Part shown: in pieces, positions 60,349 through 64,000 of the stretch
Position numbering within the stretch: the first letter of the stretch is position 1
Layout: the number at the start of each line of letters is the position of its first letter
Source of the DNA: Desulfosudaceae bacterium
Lineage (GTDB): Bacteria; Desulfobacterota; Desulfobacteria; Desulfobacterales; Desulfosudaceae
Assembly (NCBI GenBank): GCA_963674745.2
Contig: CAXXDV010000001.1
Location: 896,001-960,000, forward strand
Direction: 5' to 3'
Length of the DNA: 64,000 nt
Program-made: the position numbers and the translations under genes
Notes under the pieces: model-generated
Seen by the model: only the letters and a program-made list of their open reading frames with translations
Told to the model about the DNA's origin: nothing
The model's database searches: none

Positions 60349-61660
60349 TTCCCCCTCCCTTTGGCAAAGAAACCATTAATGAACGTCGGTCATGAATAAT
60401 AGAAGGAGAATGGGTGGCGATGAGAAAATCAAGATCAGCCAATTTTGATATTCGCTCAATATCATTTAAAAATTTATGTTGCCATGTTACATGAAGAGAC
60501 AACTCAGGCTCATCTATCATAATGAATGATTTCTCTGGCACTTTGAATAAAAGTTCATACGCCAAAACTAATTCATGCTGTTCGCCAGAAGAAAGACATT
60601 TAAGAGGGACATTTTTGCCAGAATCTAATTTAAAGACAAATCCATCAGATTTGCTTAAGGAGAATGATTTATACAGGAAGCGAGAGTTGATAATATCCTT
60701 GAACAATTCAACCTTTTTCATTAATGGATCGAACACCTTAAGTTTTTCATCGATATCATTCAAATAATACCATAGTAATTTTAAATCGTTAGACTCTATA
60801 TTGCTGGTGGGCAGGGAGACTTGTTCTTCTTCATCGATCAATCCAGCTTTCATTAATCGTCCCCTATAAGAACTTTGATTTTGGTATTTTTCTCTAATAT
60901 TCTTTTCGGTAGCTTCCTTTGGGGCGCCAGATTCAAGCAATCTATGGGGGAATGTTCTATCCAATGATGCAGCGACAGAACCTGATTGCCGTAATGTTTC
61001 TTGAAGCTTCTCGGCCATTTCAACCGAGTATTTCTCCACAGTATTTCTTGTTCGTACCTGGCTTCTTGGTGATCTATATGATTCTTCATGGCTCAGAACC
61101 AACAATCGCTGAGTCTGAATAAAATATGTTTTCAAATTTGATAAAATATCAATAATCTCCTTTGGCATTGAATCATGAGAGCCTTTAGTAAAAGGGAGGT
61201 CATTGCCATATCTGTATAAAACCTCTTCTAATGAGATCATTTCTCCTGTACTAGTATCAAACCATCTCCTAGGTCCAGTTCTGTCTAAGTGGGGGATGAC
61301 ATCGTCAATTATATGAATAGGGAAGTCTTTTCCTAATTCCTCTTGCGTTAAGGAAAAATCAATAGAGCCCCTCTGGAGAACGTTTCTTCCTTTTTTTAAC
61401 TTCAGAGACAAGGTCATATTGCCGTTCTTTTTAATTTCCAATTTCTGTTTATTTGTAAAAGTTATCAGAACTTTGGAGAATGGCACTGTTTTAATGACAT
61501 GAAATTTTTTGCTGAAAATATCTTTTATAAGCTGTAATATTGTGGTTTTCCCAACGCCGTTAGGTCCGTGAATAATTGTTATTCTATCAGAGACTTTGAG
61601 CTTGATGTCGTGATCAAACATCCCAAATATTTTCATTATTTCAATTCGTTCAATTCGCAT
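60341..61660 (-). CDS. ABC-type ATPase (PARIS AriA-like)
   Basis: GPNGVGKT, LSSGEQ, IDEPELSLH, ATHSP. Confidence 0.88.
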   Translation of the reverse strand: MRIERIEIMKIFGMFDHDIKLKVSDRITIIHGPNGVGKTTILQLIKDIFSKKFHVIKTVPFSKVLITFTNKQKLEIKKNGNMTLSLKLKKGRNVLQRGSIDFSLTQEELGKDFPIHIIDDVIPHLDRTGPRRWFDTSTGEMISLEEVLYRYGNDLPFTKGSHDSMPKEIIDILSNLKTYFIQTQRLLVLSHEESYRSPRSQVRTRNTVEKYSVEMAEKLQETLRQSGSVAASLDRTFPHRLLESGAPKEATEKNIREKYQNQSSYRGRLMKAGLIDEEEQVSLPTSNIESNDLKLLWYYLNDIDEKLKVFDPLMKKVELFKDIINSRFLYKSFSLSKSDGFVFKLDSGKNVPLKCLSSGEQHELVLAYELLFKVPEKSFIMIDEPELSLHVTWQHKFLNDIERISKLADLDFLIATHSPSIIHDRRSLMVSLPKGGGNA

Positions 61661-61682
61661 CTATGTCTCCTTTTCTCTCGCT

Positions 61683-61811
61683 CCCGAACGGCGGCAGCCA
61701 ATGGGAGCCAGGGCTTCCACTGATTTGCCTTAAAGACGGTTAATATTCAATTTTTTCAACTTTTCAAATCCCGAATGCCCTAGCTATCTTTTGGGCTGCC
61801 TTGGGTTAGCC
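61683..61811 (-). repeat. attC, family B
   Basis: CCCGAAC...GTTAGCC. Confidence 0.9.
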
Positions 61812-62153
61812 CTCGCTATCAGGATTATATTCAATAGTTGTAATAACTTCATAAAGATTGTCGTATTTGAAGTTGAAACCCAACCAAGAACTATAAACAG
61901 AACCATTTTTCTGGAATATTTCATCTTCCCGGAATTTTCTTTTAAGCAGCAACAGAAGCTCTTCTTTTGTTGTATTAGGGCCAATGTAAAAACAAATTTC
62001 CTTTAGCTCAGAGAATGATGATTCAGCCTCATATAATTGCTGGTTGCGGGTTTCCAGTGTCAATCCTATATCGATAAATTTCCCAAACCAGAAAAAATTA
62101 TTTACAATAAAGACAGTGATAATTGCGATGGCGATGATAATTTTCTTTTTCAT
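61806..62153 (-). CDS. Secreted/anchored hypothetical cassette protein
   Basis: MKKK + hydrophobic stretch; stop in R''. Confidence 0.75.
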   Translation of the reverse strand: MKKKIIIAIAIITVFIVNNFFWFGKFIDIGLTLETRNQQLYEAESSFSELKEICFYIGPNTTKEELLLLLKRKFREDEIFQKNGSVYSSWLGFNFKYDNLYEVITTIEYNPDSEG

Positions 62154-62166
62154 AATTTTTCTGTAG

Positions 62167-62290
62167 GGCTAACGTCCGCCACCACCGGCGAGCAGGGTTT
62201 GCGGACTTCTTAAATGTTAGTTCAACACCACACTATGCAAAAACTAAGGCAGGGCGCCCCTGCGAGTCTGTGTGAGTGGCGTTGTTATGC
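62167..62290 (-). repeat. attC, family A
   Basis: GGCTAAC...GTTATGC. Confidence 0.9.
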
Positions 62291-62605
62291 ATATTTTTCA
62301 GGGTTAGTTTGCTCTTTAAGTTCGGCCGATAGATTCTCGACATCTTCGTCTTGAACTAAGCCTTCCCGGCGCAACATCATAAGTTGAATCATCGCTTTCG
62401 AGCGACTGTGATCATTTAACAACAAGGCTATCTGCTTATCATAGTTCTCGATCAATCGGTATAGATATAGATACTTCCCATGATTGGTCGGAATTTCCTT
62501 GTTATTTAGGCCTTCAGATACATCATTGAGCACAGTTCCGCAGAAGCGCTCTAAAGCCGCTTCTTTTATTATCTTAAACTTTTTCCAATCAGATTCTGAG
62601 ATCAT
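62285..62605 (-). CDS. Hypothetical cassette protein
   Basis: Fills first cassette; stop in R''. Confidence 0.8.
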   Translation of the reverse strand: MISESDWKKFKIIKEAALERFCGTVLNDVSEGLNNKEIPTNHGKYLYLYRLIENYDKQIALLLNDHSRSKAMIQLMMLRREGLVQDEDVENLSAELKEQTNPEKYA

Positions 62606-62618
62606 AATTTCTTACTAT

Positions 62619-62640
62619 GCATAACAGTGTAATAATTGGA
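62619..62640 (-). other. attI-like site of array 2
   Basis: Minus strand AATTATTACACTG/TTATGC; similar spacing to the array 1 site; no attC hairpin upstream. Confidence 0.5.
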
Positions 62641-62897
62641 AAATATTCCGTCTTATTTTCCATGTTTGCTTTTCCCGATATCTTTCCCCCGTGTTTTCCA
62701 TTTATTGCCATATTAAAGCATCAAACATGGAAAGTTGAGCGAAAACGTATTGAGAACATTTAACGCTTTTATTCATCAGGTGTCAACACTCTGGCCGAAA
62801 GCCTATAGCCTGGGTAGGAATTAAGCTGTTCGGTTGAGTCCGCCAACGATACCGCCCTGTTTGTGTATGAGGGGATCAGGGCAAGGTAGGAGTTGAT

Positions 62898-63758
62898 TTA
62901 ATCTTTCTGTATGGCTTTTCCGAAAAAATACATCAACAGATTGTTCATGGTGATCATGGTCATGTGGTAGGCGGGAAAGAACTTTCTTTTGATCCAGTAG
63001 ATCAGTTTTATATCGATTGATGTGATGACCATAAATCTGTTTTTCCGGATTCCGCGCATAATATCCCGCGCGACTTTCTCGGGTGTTACCGCGTGTTTTT
63101 CAAATCGGCCTACGAGATTTTTGGCGGCCTTATGGCTTCTGTCAACGCCGAGAATCTGGACCGTTCCCACCAGCGGGGTTTTGACCGCCCCCGGACAGAC
63201 CACACTAACGCCGATGTTGTAACGGCGCAGGTCGTAACGAAGCACCTCGGACACGCCCCGCAAACCGAATTTACTGGCGCTGTAGGCGGCGTGCCACGGC
63301 ATGGCGATAAGCCCGGCCGCGGAAGCGACATTGACCAGGTGGCCGCCTTTGCCGGCGTCCACCATGGCCGGCAACAGGCATTCGATGACGTTTATCGGCC
63401 CCATCAGATTGATGCTGACCATTTTTTCCCAGTGTTCGTGTTTGAGCCGCGAAACAGAGCCCCAGACCGAGGTGCCGGCAATATTCATGACGATATCCAT
63501 GGGACCGGATTCTTTCTGAATGCTTTCGGCAAACGCGCGAACGGCATCATAGTCGGTTATGTCAAAAGCCTCGTGGGCAACGACGGTACCATCCCCGGCT
63601 TCAATTTGAGAGACAACGGCTTCCAGTTGGGGCTGATTGATATCCGTCAGGAACAGGCTGGCACCTTTTTCAGCCATGGCCATGGCCGTGGCCTTGCCGA
63701 TGCCGCTGGCCGCGCCGGTGATAAAACATTTTTTCCCTGTGAAGCTTTTGATTTTCAT
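62898..63758 (-). CDS. SDR oxidoreductase
   Basis: TGAASGIG, NIAG, YSASK. Confidence 0.93.
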   Translation of the reverse strand: MKIKSFTGKKCFITGAASGIGKATAMAMAEKGASLFLTDINQPQLEAVVSQIEAGDGTVVAHEAFDITDYDAVRAFAESIQKESGPMDIVMNIAGTSVWGSVSRLKHEHWEKMVSINLMGPINVIECLLPAMVDAGKGGHLVNVASAAGLIAMPWHAAYSASKFGLRGVSEVLRYDLRRYNIGVSVVCPGAVKTPLVGTVQILGVDRSHKAAKNLVGRFEKHAVTPEKVARDIMRGIRKNRFMVITSIDIKLIYWIKRKFFPAYHMTMITMNNLLMYFFGKAIQKD

Positions 63759-63872
63759 TGTTTCCTCCCCCGCAAGGTGAATCAGATTGTTATCAAAGTA
63801 AACCCGCAGCACATGCCCGAACCGGACATTTGAACCCTCGACCCCTTGAATCCTGTATACCCGCTAAAAAGG

Positions 63873-64000
63873 TCACTCCGCGTAAGGGCCGGCATCCAGG
63901 TCCCGCTTTTTAAGGCCGTTTTTGGCCGCCTTTTTCAGCCACCACAAGGCACCGACCCAAATGAACATCCTTCTCCAGAGGCCGAACGGCATCAGGAGCA
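63873..64000 (-). CDS. 3' end of a gene running off the window
   Basis: Open frame ...LLMPFGLWRRMFIWVG...DLDAGPYAE*. Confidence 0.55.
   Translation of the reverse strand, partial: LLMPFGLWRRMFIWVGALWWLKKAAKNGLKKRDLDAGPYAE

Larger units (their letters stand above)
45871..62640 (-). mobile_element. Integron array 2 (integrase-less), interrupted at about 46.9-50.8 kb
   Basis: About 16 intact, degenerate or partial attC sites between co-oriented minus-strand ORFs; attI-like site at right end. Confidence 0.85.

Noticed and set aside
1..64000. tRNA, rRNA, cobalamin riboswitch, intact transposase or integrase
   Set aside because: None recognised by eye; a covariance-model scan would be needed to exclude them

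Overview
Bacterial chromosomal window. The gene content suggests an anaerobic deltaproteobacterium, probably Desulfobacterales-like (inference). A GC-rich backbone carries genes for acyl-CoA/beta-oxidation, regulators, RlmI, RecD2, GmhB, RlpA, two TPR membrane glycosyltransferase-like proteins, and a corrinoid-methyltransferase/xylose-utilisation operon. Two mostly AT-rich, minus-strand integron cassette arrays interrupt it. Array 1 (5480-10873) has 8 attC sites, an attI-like site and only an 84-aa N-terminal stub of the integron integrase. It carries mazEF and vapBC cassettes, small membrane/TPR cassettes, two diverged copies of an ORF-less structured cassette, and a 216-bp MITE inserted exactly at an attC core. 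Array 2 (about 45870-62640) has no integrase, is split by a large lipoprotein gene, and shares attC families with array 1. It is rich in defence-type cassettes: a PARIS-like ATPase+DUF4435 pair, a HEPN protein, a TerB+partner pair, ORF6N, an orphan RelE-like toxin and vapBC. Its attC sites decay with distance from attI. All calls come from reading motifs by eye; no database searches were run.
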